In this document: piece by piece, positions 19,487 to 29,767 of the stretch
Position numbering within the stretch: position 1 is the first letter of the stretch
Layout: each line of letters opens with the position of its first letter
NCBI GenBank assembly: GCA_025453495.1
Contig: JALOQM010000001.1
Location: forward strand, 155,161-219,160
Origin: Minisyncoccota bacterium
GTDB taxonomy: Bacteria; Patescibacteriota; Minisyncoccia; Phycocordibacterales; UBA9973
Length of the DNA: 64,000 nucleotides
Reading direction: 5' to 3'
The notes under the pieces: model-generated
Seen by the model: only the letters and a program-made list of their open reading frames with translations
What the model was told of the DNA's origin: nothing
Databases searched by the model: none
Position numbers and translations under genes: made by a program

Positions 19487-20222
19487 CGGAGACATCTTCA
19501 AAGTCGGCGACCACATCATCGCCTGCGGCGACTCGCTCGACAGAGCATTCGTCGGCAAGGTCATCGGTCATAACAAGGTGCGAGCGGTCGTCAGTGATCC
19601 TCCCTATGGGATTGCGTATGTCGAGAACAAGCAGGGATTGGCGAAGATCAGCGCGGATGAAACGAAGGTAATCGCCAACGACCATCTCCAGAGTGAGGAG
19701 GAATACGAGAACTTCACGCGCGGATATCTCGGCGCGGTCATTCCGTACCTTACGGAATACAACGCCGTGTATATCTTCAATGCTGATGCAATGTTCCCGA
19801 GTCTTCGCGCAGGCATGAAAGTGGCGGGCTTCTACTACAGCCAGATGATCATCTGGCTCAAGAACCAGCCCGTCATGAGTCGCAAGGACTACTTGGCAAT
19901 GTACGAACTCATCGCCTACGGCTGGTTCGGCAAGCACAAGATGGAGCGATCAAAGGCGCGGAATGTGATCTACCATCCAAGACCGACAAAATCGAGACTG
20001 CACCCGACGCAAAAGCCGGTGGGACTTCTGCGGAAGATCATTCCGAACTCCACGAAAGTCGGCGACGTCGTCTACGATCCCTTCCTCGGAAGCGGATCAA
20101 CTGCCGTTGCCTGTGAGCACTTAGGTCGAAAGTGCATCGGCATCGAACTTGATGAGGCGTATGTGGCAATTGCGCTCAAGCGGCTCGAGAAGCTCACTGG
20201 CGAAAAGGCTGTGAAGGTATAA
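19473..20222 (+). CDS. N4/N6 DNA methyltransferase (beta class)
   Basis: DPPYG, HPTQKPVGL, DPFLGSGST, GIELD. Confidence 0.92.
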   Translation: MKVTNGDIFKVGDHIIACGDSLDRAFVGKVIGHNKVRAVVSDPPYGIAYVENKQGLAKISADETKVIANDHLQSEEEYENFTRGYLGAVIPYLTEYNAVYIFNADAMFPSLRAGMKVAGFYYSQMIIWLKNQPVMSRKDYLAMYELIAYGWFGKHKMERSKARNVIYHPRPTKSRLHPTQKPVGLLRKIIPNSTKVGDVVYDPFLGSGSTAVACEHLGRKCIGIELDEAYVAIALKRLEKLTGEKAVKV

Positions 20223-20226
20223 CCGT

Positions 20227-20601
20227 ATGCAGGGAGACGATTTTTCCAAGGATCCGTACAAGAAGCAGGTCTACGAAACCTACGCTCTTTGGAAGTCCCT
20301 CCCGTCATTTCTCAAAGGACAGCCGAGAGTCGCGCTTGAGAAGTTTGGCATTGAAGAAGAAGCGGTGTTTGAGCTGCTCTCGATAAAGACACAGCTTGAT
20401 TTCTCAAAGCGATACAACGTCGATACGGGCACGCTCAGTGACTGGAACAAGCGACTTGAAAAAGACGGACTTTCCAAAGACCTGAATGCATGGGCGCGCA
20501 AGCTCACGCCGAACGTCATCTTCGCTCTCTACAAGAACATCATCAAAGGCGGCCGGGCGCATGAAGTGCGAGCGTGGTTTGAGATCGTAGAACATCACTA
20601 A
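20227..20601 (+). CDS. Hypothetical HTH-like protein (possible terminase small subunit-like)
   Basis: TQLDFSKRYNVDTGTLSDW HTH-like segment; follows ParB-MTase genes as in phage-derived modules. Confidence 0.5.
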   Translation: MQGDDFSKDPYKKQVYETYALWKSLPSFLKGQPRVALEKFGIEEEAVFELLSIKTQLDFSKRYNVDTGTLSDWNKRLEKDGLSKDLNAWARKLTPNVIFALYKNIIKGGRAHEVRAWFEIVEHH

Positions 20602-20602
20602 C

Positions 20603-20800
20603 ATGGAACCAATACAACTTGAAGAAATAAATACCATTCTCTCGGACACCCTCCGCAAGGTCGTGAACCGGGAGATATCGCTCAAGCAAGCATCCATGAT
20701 TGCCAAGCTTGCGATGACGCTCTCGAGAAACATCGCCAATACCGAGCTGAAGGATCGGGTCGAATTCCTCGAAAGCATGCTGCAAAAAACACGCATATGA
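20603..20800 (+). CDS. Small helical hypothetical protein
   Basis: 65-aa ORF tightly coupled to both neighbours. Confidence 0.6.
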   Translation: MEPIQLEEINTILSDTLRKVVNREISLKQASMIAKLAMTLSRNIANTELKDRVEFLESMLQKTRI

Positions 20801-22284
20801 AAAATCTGAATAACATTATTAAGAGATCGAACCTGACGCCGCTTGAGCGAGTTACCATGCTTGTCCATAACGGAGAGCATAGGCAGAAAACGGGTAAAGA
20901 TATGCTCTCGGAAGCAGAACTCAACACCCTCACCCAAGGATGGGCGGCTCGGCTCGGGCAAGCGAATGAATACAATAAATACTTGGAGATTGCTAAGCTT
21001 GAGAACTCGATGCGGATCGATGCGACGATGTTCTCATACCGCGCGGAGCTATCCTTGGTCAGGCATCAGCGATTGCTTTCGTACTGCCTGACCGAGCCGG
21101 AGCGAATGAAAAAATTGATCAATGACGACATAATGGATGGACTCGAGGAAGAAGAGTGTTTGCGGTTCGCGCTCGCTCACACATATCTCGAGTACGGCTC
21201 TGTGTTGCACCTTTTCACTTTCTTCAATCTCCCGAGAGAGATACGAGAGGATCTCGCTCTTTTGGATGACTCTGTTGCGTACAGCAATCAATATCTAGGT
21301 GATGAAGTACAGCTTTATGAAATGTTCAATGCCAGAAAGGTCAATAATGAAGACAAAGATACACTCGTCGACATCATCTTCTCGCGCATATACTACGAAG
21401 GCATCAACAAAATGCGCGGTGAAGGCACTGAGCGGGACGCTTTTATCCTTGGTGGCTACTTTGCGGAATTTCCGCTGAGCGAAGCGATATACAAAACTGC
21501 TCGTGATCTAGGTATCAAGTGTAAGAACCGGGATGAGGAGGAAATATTGGATGATATTGAGTCGTATGCCAAGGAAAAAGCCGTGACTATGGAGCATCTG
21601 ATCAAGGAATCACTGCGCTCGTGGCTTGATGATGGACTATTCACTAAGCAGTTTGCGCCAATCTTCATGAATGGTGGTTTCGATACAGTAAACGGCATTA
21701 CCAGGAAGAACCACAAAAAACTGTTTGAGATTTGGTATGCGGAGCTAGAAAAATCCAAGAGATATTTCAATACTCTTTTCCGTATGCAGAAACTTAAACG
21801 AGAAGAAGCAGAAATAACCGTCCTTGGAGAAACAAAAACTGTAGAGAAACTCACTGGGGAAAGTTTGTATACATGCCAAGAGGATTTGGAATTTGTACGA
21901 GAATACAAAAAGCAAGTCTATATGATTCTGCCGTTTTCAAATCTCGCTTTGTTTATTGAGAAGCATACCAAGCCAATCCAGAAGTACACGACGCTCTGTC
22001 AGTTTAGGAAGCTCGGGAAGAGAGCATCGGATACCTTTGATGCTAATTTCACGGAAGAATATGACAAGCTTATTGAGTCGTATCGGGAAGAAATGACGCT
22101 TCTCAATCACGAACTTGCGAAGTTGACCGATGTGGCAACTGAACATCTATCTGCAAAAGCCGAGGAAGATTTCAGATGCGCTATTCAGATCTGGAACGGC
22201 AGTTTTCGTTTTGATCTCAGAGAAGCCGACGACAAAGCCGACATTATTGAGAAGTATGAGAGGGATTTCAGGAAGGTTATGTAG
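20797..22284 (+). CDS. Hypothetical protein (495 aa, helical)
   Basis: Long ORF with ATGA overlap to the upstream gene. Confidence 0.75.
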   Translation: MKNLNNIIKRSNLTPLERVTMLVHNGEHRQKTGKDMLSEAELNTLTQGWAARLGQANEYNKYLEIAKLENSMRIDATMFSYRAELSLVRHQRLLSYCLTEPERMKKLINDDIMDGLEEEECLRFALAHTYLEYGSVLHLFTFFNLPREIREDLALLDDSVAYSNQYLGDEVQLYEMFNARKVNNEDKDTLVDIIFSRIYYEGINKMRGEGTERDAFILGGYFAEFPLSEAIYKTARDLGIKCKNRDEEEILDDIESYAKEKAVTMEHLIKESLRSWLDDGLFTKQFAPIFMNGGFDTVNGITRKNHKKLFEIWYAELEKSKRYFNTLFRMQKLKREEAEITVLGETKTVEKLTGESLYTCQEDLEFVREYKKQVYMILPFSNLALFIEKHTKPIQKYTTLCQFRKLGKRASDTFDANFTEEYDKLIESYREEMTLLNHELAKLTDVATEHLSAKAEEDFRCAIQIWNGSFRFDLREADDKADIIEKYERDFRKVM

Positions 22285-22295
22285 AATCCAGATTC

Positions 22296-22715
22296 TTATC
22301 CAATTACAATATTTTCTCCATTACCAAATTCCATTTCTTTATACATAATCTCGCCTGATTCATTCTTCTTATAAGGAAGTGTGGCGGAAATTACTTTATT
22401 TTCAGCATCCTCCAGATGAATAGAAATTGCACCATCAGTATTTCCTGCATATAGATTCGCATTAAAAGCAATACCGAAAGCATGTAAATCATGTTCTTGC
22501 TTTTTTACTTGGAAACTCTGCATGAGAGAATCAATGACTTCTTTTGGGGTGGGATGTTTTTCTAAAAAATCATTTTCAACGGCAACTATTTCATCTTTTG
22601 AGTTTAAATACATACCGAACGGATAAAATTCACCATGTTGGATTAGCATTTTCTGAGCAAAAGGAACTAGAGCGTTTAGTAACTTATCAAGTTGTGTGCG
22701 TTCTTTTTCATTCAT
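22296..22715 (-). CDS. Probable immunity protein of the RHS toxin
   Basis: Starts 3 nt after the toxin stop, same strand, small, AT-rich like the toxin tip. Confidence 0.6.
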   Translation of the reverse strand: MNEKERTQLDKLLNALVPFAQKMLIQHGEFYPFGMYLNSKDEIVAVENDFLEKHPTPKEVIDSLMQSFQVKKQEHDLHAFGIAFNANLYAGNTDGAISIHLEDAENKVISATLPYKKNESGEIMYKEMEFGNGENIVIG

Positions 22716-22718
22716 GTT

Positions 22719-25700
22719 TTATTCACTTGTGCCAGAAAGGGCATTACCAATATTTTTCAATGTCGACTTTACACCTCCTAATGCGTTTTGCAAAGGGCCT
22801 GAGAGACGAGTATCCGGGCGAACGTGTAAATCAAGACTATAGTTTGCGTCTTTCGCATAACTTACAAAATCTTTCATTTGGTTTGTGTAATTCAGACGTG
22901 CAACATTTTTAACTTCCATGAGAGATTTTTTTGAGTGATCCAATCCATCGGGTATACGATAGCTAGCAGTTCCAGTAGCGGATTCTATTCTTTCAGTATT
23001 TTTTACAATACCGCTGGCAAGTTCGCCCGCTCTTCCTTTCGCTGCATTTTCGGCAATATCACCTAATACTTTACCTTTTGGCACTTCTCCTGCGGTAACA
23101 GCGCCAAGTATTGCCATAGGATAGTTTCCTTGCTTTGCATCAGTAATAGCTTGAGAAAGTCCGTATTGGCCAACAGGCGTTGTAAGTGATTGCAAGAATG
23201 ATGTAATTTGTGGAGCATTCATTGCGATATACGCCGCAGCAAAAATAAGTTCTCCTGCAAATTTACCACTTGCATCGCTCATCGTAATCGGATTATTCCT
23301 TCCGTATGAATAGCTGTTCAGTGACTGCGGATCGCTCAGGATACTCGTCATATCCCTGCCCGACAGTGCTTTTGTCGGTTTTTCGTCACCAATAGTTAAA
23401 AATACCGGATCCTGAGAAATAAACTTCCCAACATTCCCCTTGTAGTAACGCGCATTCAAGTAATCGAGTCCTGTATCGTTGTCATGAATCTGCCCCACAT
23501 ACTTTCTCTGTTCATTATACGCCCCAGACGAGATGCGGGATTCGCCGAATGGGTAATAATCGAGTTGCTGAGAAATTGCACCTGAGGCGTCAGTGACGGC
23601 GGTAGTTGAACCGAGGTGATCGGTATGGATATAATACGGCGTCACTGTGACCGTCGGATTAGTAACAGTTTCGATCGTGGCGACAAGGGTGCTTCCTGCA
23701 TAGACTTGCTTGGTCTTCTTCGTACCGTCATCGTTGTAATACTTGTTCGGGTATGAGATGTCAGTCGTGCCTGTAACATAGCGGACGCGGTTACCTTCGT
23801 GGTCGTACCAGTAGTTTGCGGTCACTGAGCCGTCAGTACTCGAAACAAGCTGATCGCGGTAGTTCCAGGTATGCGTGAACGTGCCGTCTGACGTCAGATT
23901 GCCGTCATTGTCGTACGTGCGAGTAATACTGTTAATTTTTGTCGCAGCATGCGGATTCGCATACCCGGTGCCGGCATAGACGTATGCGCCCGCTGGACCA
24001 GAGAGCAGATTGCCGAGCGCATCGTAAGCGAATGAATGCGTGTAGTCACCGCCGCTTGCCGTGCCGGTAATGACAGCGTCAGTCAGACGATAGAGTGCGT
24101 CATATGAATACGTAGCGGTCTTTGCAGTATCAGTATCGGATGCATCATCAAGTTCGGTGATATTGCCGACCGGATCATACACATATGCGAAATCCTGCAC
24201 ATGACGGGTCGAATTCGTCGTCAAACGATTGGTTAGGCGGTAGAGCGCTGAAGCAGCATAGGTGTTCATCGTCGTCACGCCGTTCGCATCATTCTGCGTC
24301 TGGACCTGATCCGTCGGACTGTAGTCGAAGTTAGTAATGAGCGCAGTGAACGTGCGCGCAGACGGTTCCCTACGATCAACTGATTCGAGCAAACCGGCAG
24401 TATTGTAGGTGTAGCGAATCTCGGACATATCGGGATAGACGACTGAGGATATATTCCCCTGTCGATCGTAGAACGTGGACGTCGTATAGGTGTTTCCGTT
24501 GATGACCTTGATTTCGTTGACGACCGTGCCTCTCGAATTGTAGAGGTAGGATGTGTCCGCTCCGAGAAGCATGGTCACTGAGCAGAGTTTGCCCGTACCA
24601 TTCGTGCAGCTTGAGTACGAATACGCAATATCCGTGTCGGTGGTTGCAGTGTTGTCTTCCGAAGTGACCTGATTGACGTCGTTATAGGCGTAGTTTGTCG
24701 TCAGTGCGTTCGGACTTACTGTCTGAATAATGTTTCCTGCATCGTCATACGTATATGTCCATATGCCATAGGTTGCATCAGACACAGCGTGCGTGTCTTG
24801 CGCAGTCAGACGACGATCGAGGCCGTCATACGTGAAATTGCGGACGTTCCCGAGCGCATCGGTTATCTTCGTAAGTTTGCCGTTCAAATTCCATTCGTAG
24901 TTCGTGGTATAAGCGCTTGCAGTCGCATAGAATTCGTCGACAGCGGACAAGTTCTCATATGCGTCGTGATAATAACGCTTCATGTTTCCTGCTGGATCAG
25001 TGACAGTGGTCATCCAGTCGTCGTAGGCATTCGTCGTCGTACCAACTGCGTTCGTCGATGTGAGTACGCGACCAATTGGGTCATATGCGTACGTAGTGTA
25101 GAGCGCCGTAGTGGTTGTCGGTGATGTACGAGCAGTACCCGTGCTTGTATAGCGGAGTGATTCTTTCAAGGTCTTGCCGCGAGCATCATATGCCTTATCG
25201 CTCACGTTGAAAGTATTTGATGCTTCCGCTTCTTTGCGCTCCTGGATCAGGCGACCGAGGCCGTCGAAGTACTGATAGGTATCTGCCGTTGTCGAGGTGT
25301 CGAGATAGTCGGTGCGCTGTACTTTTACCGCACCGGAAGTGTCGGTATATGCATATGCCGTTTTTGCAACTGGAGAATACGGTGAAGTACTATCGGGAAT
25401 TTTTTCAGTGAGCACGCGATCAAGGCCGTCATAAACAGTTTGGTAGACGAAGCTGTTCTGATCGGTCACCTGCTTCGGCTTGCCGAGCGAGTAGTCATAG
25501 ACATACTGCGTCGTATGTGAGAGCGGGTCGGTAACAGTTGTTGGGTAGAGATTATAGGTATCGTATGAATACGAGGTTACCTTTCCACGCGGATCGGTAT
25601 CAGAAGTGACAAGACCATATGAGTTATACGCTTTCTGACTATTAATGTAGGTTGTCGACGCTTTCCAATCTTCAACCTTAGTCTGATTACCTTTGTTTAC

Positions 25701-28700
25701 CGATCCATATGAAAGCGTATCGTAATAGTATTTCGACTCTTTGACGGTGGTGGAAGATGCGTCAGTCACTGTGCTGATCTTTGGCACCACCACTCGGGTC
25801 GTCGTGTTTGCCGCATACACATTTGTCGTGGTGCGCTTGTCGGAACCGGTATCAGTGAATGAGCCGTCTGATGCCACTGCATTTACCCTACCCCATTCGG
25901 TCTTCGTCAGGAGCGAGCCGTCCGTGTTGTCATAGGTATATTCGGTCGCAGTATCGGCATGATCTGAATCGCCATCATACGTCAGCACAGTCTGGCGCGC
26001 GAGCTTCACGAAATCGTGGTCAGTGCCGATGTTGTAGTGATCCCACTTATTGACCGTCAGGCGATAGAGATTGTTCGAGCTGTCACGTTCTTCGACACGG
26101 TACGGCTGACCTATTTTTGCAGGGATATCGTTGTATTCACCGTTTGATGTATCAGTGCCATTACCCTGGTGGTAAAAGGTCTTCGTGACATTGCCGACTT
26201 CATCGGTTGTCGTGACGATATTGAAGCCAGCGAGCGTTCTATGTCCGTCTGAGTAGTACTGATACTTGCCGTCCTGATACGAGTACTGTCTCGTTCCGGT
26301 CGTGCCGAATGCGTCGTTCGTCGTGATGTCTTTGACGACTGTTATGGACTGGGACGGACTTCGGGTTATCGGATTCTTGTCATTAATAGGCTGTTCCTTA
26401 TATGTAATGGACATCGAGCCGCCCGCAGGAGCAGTAATGGTTGAAAGATAATCGGATTTTGAACCGGTATTGAGCCAGACGGCATTTGGGTTCGTGATGT
26501 TTGTACTGTTGTTATAGGCAAATATCCAGTCTGGTAGTCCGTCGTTATTTAGATCAGAAAGTCTTGTGTCATAATCAAATCCTACCTGATTTCCATTTGG
26601 ATAGGTTGGCATGGTCCAGCTTGCAAGTAGCCAACCTGTCCCAGTACTAAGCCAAACCTTGTTAGGATTGATAGTGTTTGTGTTGTTGTTATAAGCATTT
26701 ATCCAATCTGGCAGATTATCTCCATTAATATCTGTAAGCTGGGTATCGTAGGCAAATCCGACATGATTACCATTTGTGTATGTAGGCATGGTCCAAGAAA
26801 CTGCTGTCCACCCAATTCCTGTATTCAGCCAGACAGTATTTGGACTGGCTGCTGTTGGGGAATTGTTGTCATATCCATGAATAAAGTCAACAAGACCATC
26901 GGCGTTTACGTCAATAAGTTTGTTCGTATAATGAAATCCAACCTGATTGCCTGTTAGATAAGTCGGCATCGTCCAACTTGCTGATGTCCAGCCAGAGCCG
27001 GTATTCAACCATACTGCATTCGGATTCGTGGTACTCGTATTATTATTAAAGGCATAAATAAAATCTGGAAGAATATCTCCGTTTATATCCACGAGTTGCG
27101 TGTTTGTATGAAACCCGACCTGATTGCCGCTTGGATATAGCGGCATGTTCCACGATGCGTTCGACCAGCCCGATCCAGTGTTAAGCCAGACCGTATTTGG
27201 GTTTACTGTGCTTGTATTGTTGTTGTAAGCATAGATCCAGTCAGGTAAACCATCTCCATTGAGATCGATCAACTGCGTATTTACTGTATGAAAACCTACC
27301 TGGTTACCACTTGGATAAGTCGGTATAGTCCATGATGCTGATGACCAACCCGATCCATTATTGAGCCAGACCGCATTCGGATTCGCGGTGCTTGTATTGT
27401 TATTATAAGCATAGATCCAATCGGGTAGACCATCGCCATTGAGATCAATCAACTGGGTATTCAAAGTATGAAAGCCCACTTGCCCGCCAGTTGGAAATGT
27501 CGGAAACGTCCATGACGCGAGCGACCAGCCAGATCCGGTATTAAGCCACACAGCGTTTGGATTCGTGGTGCTCGTATTGTTATTGAGCGCATACACGAAG
27601 TCCGGCAAATTATCACCGTTTACATCCACAAGCTGCGTTGCGGAAGCGAACCCTACTTGTCGGAGGTCCGGATAGACAGGCATCGTCCATGACGCGAGCG
27701 ACCATTCATCATCCACAGTCTGATAATCGAATGACATCGCCGGGAGTACCGTCGGCGTGCCGCTTTCGTCATAACCCGTTTCGGTAATTGAAGAAAGGAG
27801 CGAACGATTCTGGTTGTGTCCAGGTAGGTATACAAGGTCGTACTTGCGAGTATTTGTACCGTTAATTTTTGCAACAATGCTCGTAACAAGCGAAGCCGGA
27901 GCGACTGAGAAAGCAGGATTATAGACAGTCACGACATCGGGGCGCGAGCCTAACGTAAAGTCGATTTCGAAAATTCCGTCAGTGGTTCCAAAACCAGTGT
28001 AAAAAATCTTCGATGGATAAATCTGCCCTGCGCTTTTGGTATATTCATAGCGGACGAAGTTATCATTCGTATCGCGCGTCTCTTCAAGCATCCACTTATA
28101 GATATTTCCCGAGTTGTCTTGGCGAGCTTGGGCGTTTGCACCGAAGGTATATTTCACACCCTTTTTATCGGTTACCACCCATCCGTTGGAGACGCGTTCG
28201 TATCGCAAGAAATCTCCCTTTTCAGAACGAGGTGCGTAAAGATTTGATCCGAGCGGAACAAGCTCCCCAGAGAGAGATGACGAAAACACATCGCCTGTCG
28301 TATAGAGGTCTTCCGTACCGGTGCGATTGACGCGCTCGATGTATGGAATATTGACGGACCAGCCGTAGCCGACGACAGAGTCGTTAACTTGATTCTCGCT
28401 ATTGTACATAAGCGAGAGATCAGGCGTCATGTCATTTCTGCCTGGTGGAACCTGAATCTTGTAGGTATGGACGAATGCCCCTGTCAGGTTGTCGATTTCA
28501 GGAGAAAGCAATCCTTTTGAATCCTGCGGCGGAAGCGGATCAGGATCTACTTCTGGCGCTTGAGGGGCTGGCGGCTCTATCGGCGGAGCTGCTTGCTGGT
28601 TTTCTTCAGAAACCTGAGTTTCAGTTTCTTCGCTAACGGTTGGCGTCTCAGTCTGTACTTCTGGCTCAGGAGTTATAACAGTTTCCTGAGTTGCTTCCGT

Positions 28701-28847
28701 ATTCGCTGTTTCTTCAGCGAATACGGTCAGGACAGGAGAAAAAAAGATTGAAAATACAAGAACGCATACCGCCAGCTTCCTAAAAAGACCGGATGCTGAT
28801 AATGGGTTTTTTGCGATATGCATATATTGTTTTTCTTGTTTTAACAA
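22719..28847 (-). CDS. RHS/YD-repeat polymorphic toxin: SpvB/TcB-like N-region, FG-GAP propeller, RHS core, Tox-REase-7-like tip
   Basis: Signal peptide; VPPGRNDMTPDLSLMYNS..GYGWS; DxNGDGLPD repeats; YD repeats; HTDHLGS, DYYPFG, LNARYY, NNPITMSDASG; tip RIPDGL..EVKNV..YTNQMKDF..TRLSGPL. Confidence 0.9.
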   Translation of the reverse strand: MLKQEKQYMHIAKNPLSASGLFRKLAVCVLVFSIFFSPVLTVFAEETANTEATQETVITPEPEVQTETPTVSEETETQVSEENQQAAPPIEPPAPQAPEVDPDPLPPQDSKGLLSPEIDNLTGAFVHTYKIQVPPGRNDMTPDLSLMYNSENQVNDSVVGYGWSVNIPYIERVNRTGTEDLYTTGDVFSSSLSGELVPLGSNLYAPRSEKGDFLRYERVSNGWVVTDKKGVKYTFGANAQARQDNSGNIYKWMLEETRDTNDNFVRYEYTKSAGQIYPSKIFYTGFGTTDGIFEIDFTLGSRPDVVTVYNPAFSVAPASLVTSIVAKINGTNTRKYDLVYLPGHNQNRSLLSSITETGYDESGTPTVLPAMSFDYQTVDDEWSLASWTMPVYPDLRQVGFASATQLVDVNGDNLPDFVYALNNNTSTTNPNAVWLNTGSGWSLASWTFPTFPTGGQVGFHTLNTQLIDLNGDGLPDWIYAYNNNTSTANPNAVWLNNGSGWSSASWTIPTYPSGNQVGFHTVNTQLIDLNGDGLPDWIYAYNNNTSTVNPNTVWLNTGSGWSNASWNMPLYPSGNQVGFHTNTQLVDINGDILPDFIYAFNNNTSTTNPNAVWLNTGSGWTSASWTMPTYLTGNQVGFHYTNKLIDVNADGLVDFIHGYDNNSPTAASPNTVWLNTGIGWTAVSWTMPTYTNGNHVGFAYDTQLTDINGDNLPDWINAYNNNTNTINPNKVWLSTGTGWLLASWTMPTYPNGNQVGFDYDTRLSDLNNDGLPDWIFAYNNSTNITNPNAVWLNTGSKSDYLSTITAPAGGSMSITYKEQPINDKNPITRSPSQSITVVKDITTNDAFGTTGTRQYSYQDGKYQYYSDGHRTLAGFNIVTTTDEVGNVTKTFYHQGNGTDTSNGEYNDIPAKIGQPYRVEERDSSNNLYRLTVNKWDHYNIGTDHDFVKLARQTVLTYDGDSDHADTATEYTYDNTDGSLLTKTEWGRVNAVASDGSFTDTGSDKRTTTNVYAANTTTRVVVPKISTVTDASSTTVKESKYYYDTLSYGSVNKGNQTKVEDWKASTTYINSQKAYNSYGLVTSDTDPRGKVTSYSYDTYNLYPTTVTDPLSHTTQYVYDYSLGKPKQVTDQNSFVYQTVYDGLDRVLTEKIPDSTSPYSPVAKTAYAYTDTSGAVKVQRTDYLDTSTTADTYQYFDGLGRLIQERKEAEASNTFNVSDKAYDARGKTLKESLRYTSTGTARTSPTTTTALYTTYAYDPIGRVLTSTNAVGTTTNAYDDWMTTVTDPAGNMKRYYHDAYENLSAVDEFYATASAYTTNYEWNLNGKLTKITDALGNVRNFTYDGLDRRLTAQDTHAVSDATYGIWTYTYDDAGNIIQTVSPNALTTNYAYNDVNQVTSEDNTATTDTDIAYSYSSCTNGTGKLCSVTMLLGADTSYLYNSRGTVVNEIKVINGNTYTTSTFYDRQGNISSVVYPDMSEIRYTYNTAGLLESVDRREPSARTFTALITNFDYSPTDQVQTQNDANGVTTMNTYAASALYRLTNRLTTNSTRHVQDFAYVYDPVGNITELDDASDTDTAKTATYSYDALYRLTDAVITGTASGGDYTHSFAYDALGNLLSGPAGAYVYAGTGYANPHAATKINSITRTYDNDGNLTSDGTFTHTWNYRDQLVSSTDGSVTANYWYDHEGNRVRYVTGTTDISYPNKYYNDDGTKKTKQVYAGSTLVATIETVTNPTVTVTPYYIHTDHLGSTTAVTDASGAISQQLDYYPFGESRISSGAYNEQRKYVGQIHDNDTGLDYLNARYYKGNVGKFISQDPVFLTIGDEKPTKALSGRDMTSILSDPQSLNSYSYGRNNPITMSDASGKFAGELIFAAAYIAMNAPQITSFLQSLTTPVGQYGLSQAITDAKQGNYPMAILGAVTAGEVPKGKVLGDIAENAAKGRAGELASGIVKNTERIESATGTASYRIPDGLDHSKKSLMEVKNVARLNYTNQMKDFVSYAKDANYSLDLHVRPDTRLSGPLQNALGGVKSTLKNIGNALSGTSE
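26465..27705 (-). repeat. Seven tandem ~59-60-aa FG-GAP/VCBS-like coding repeats
   Basis: WxxASWTxPTYPxGNQVGF..TQLxDxNGDxLPD..YAxNNNTSTxNPNxVWLNTGSG, seven copies. Confidence 0.9.
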
Positions 28848-28961
28848 TCTTAATAATATGACTTGATTCTATATGTTAGACGCCAAAAGTAAACTGATCA
28901 GTCGACTCGAGTATATACATAAGTTCTAAAGGAAAACTAAAGTTTATGTGAAGTCCGACTC

Positions 28962-29765
28962 TTATTTTTCCTCTGCCTTATTGAGTATCAGGGAAATCAT
29001 CGCGAGCGGAACCTCATAATCACGAAGTTCAAGAATATATGGCGTCTCCTTTCCATCCTTGAAAATATGGAGGCCGTCTGAGCGAAGCTCAAGCGAACCG
29101 ATCTTCTTAAACGGGAATGAGAACTGCTTGCGATAACCAAGATAGCCGACGCGCTGATTCGTGATATAGAACACGCCAGAATCCTCCTTGTCCATGATCT
29201 CCTTGGAGACGCTTTGTACGCCTATCGATCCGACGCGGTATCGCACGCCTTTCATGATCTTTATCGAACCAGTAAAGCCGCCGTAGTTCACGCGCGTGGT
29301 GACTTTCTTGCGCTTCATCATGTCTGCGGCAATAGCCCAATGAAGTACCTCGTCTTCTTTGAACACGACATTCAGTTCAGCTTGCGCGTTTTCGATTGTC
29401 GGCAATATGCCCTTGTCTACGAGCGCAAGCGTATAATACTTGTTGAAATTGTCTTGGTTGAAGGCGATGTCGCTTTTCGTGAGACTGAAATGGTTGAGCA
29501 ATTTCTCAAGCGCATTCTTTTCGTCATCAGTGATCCGCTTGTCTGAACCCATAGCGGTAAAAACAGAAGCGACCGAGGTCTTATGGATTGCTTTCACATC
29601 GTCATCAGACAAACCAAACTCCTTTTGCATTTCCATGAGTTTCTCGCTTTCATCGAAGGTCAGTTCACTATCGGCAAGGAACGCTGTCATTGACTCTTGA
29701 TACTTCTTGAGTCCATCCCGTTTCTTTAGGTACCGTTTAACAAATCCGGGTAGATGTAGTTTCAT
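28962..29765 (-). CDS. Hypothetical protein (helical N-region, PH-like beta C-region)
   Basis: SIKIMKGVRYRVG..DSGVFYITNQRVGY pattern. Confidence 0.7.
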   Translation of the reverse strand: MKLHLPGFVKRYLKKRDGLKKYQESMTAFLADSELTFDESEKLMEMQKEFGLSDDDVKAIHKTSVASVFTAMGSDKRITDDEKNALEKLLNHFSLTKSDIAFNQDNFNKYYTLALVDKGILPTIENAQAELNVVFKEDEVLHWAIAADMMKRKKVTTRVNYGGFTGSIKIMKGVRYRVGSIGVQSVSKEIMDKEDSGVFYITNQRVGYLGYRKQFSFPFKKIGSLELRSDGLHIFKDGKETPYILELRDYEVPLAMISLILNKAEEK

Positions 29766-29767
29766 GG

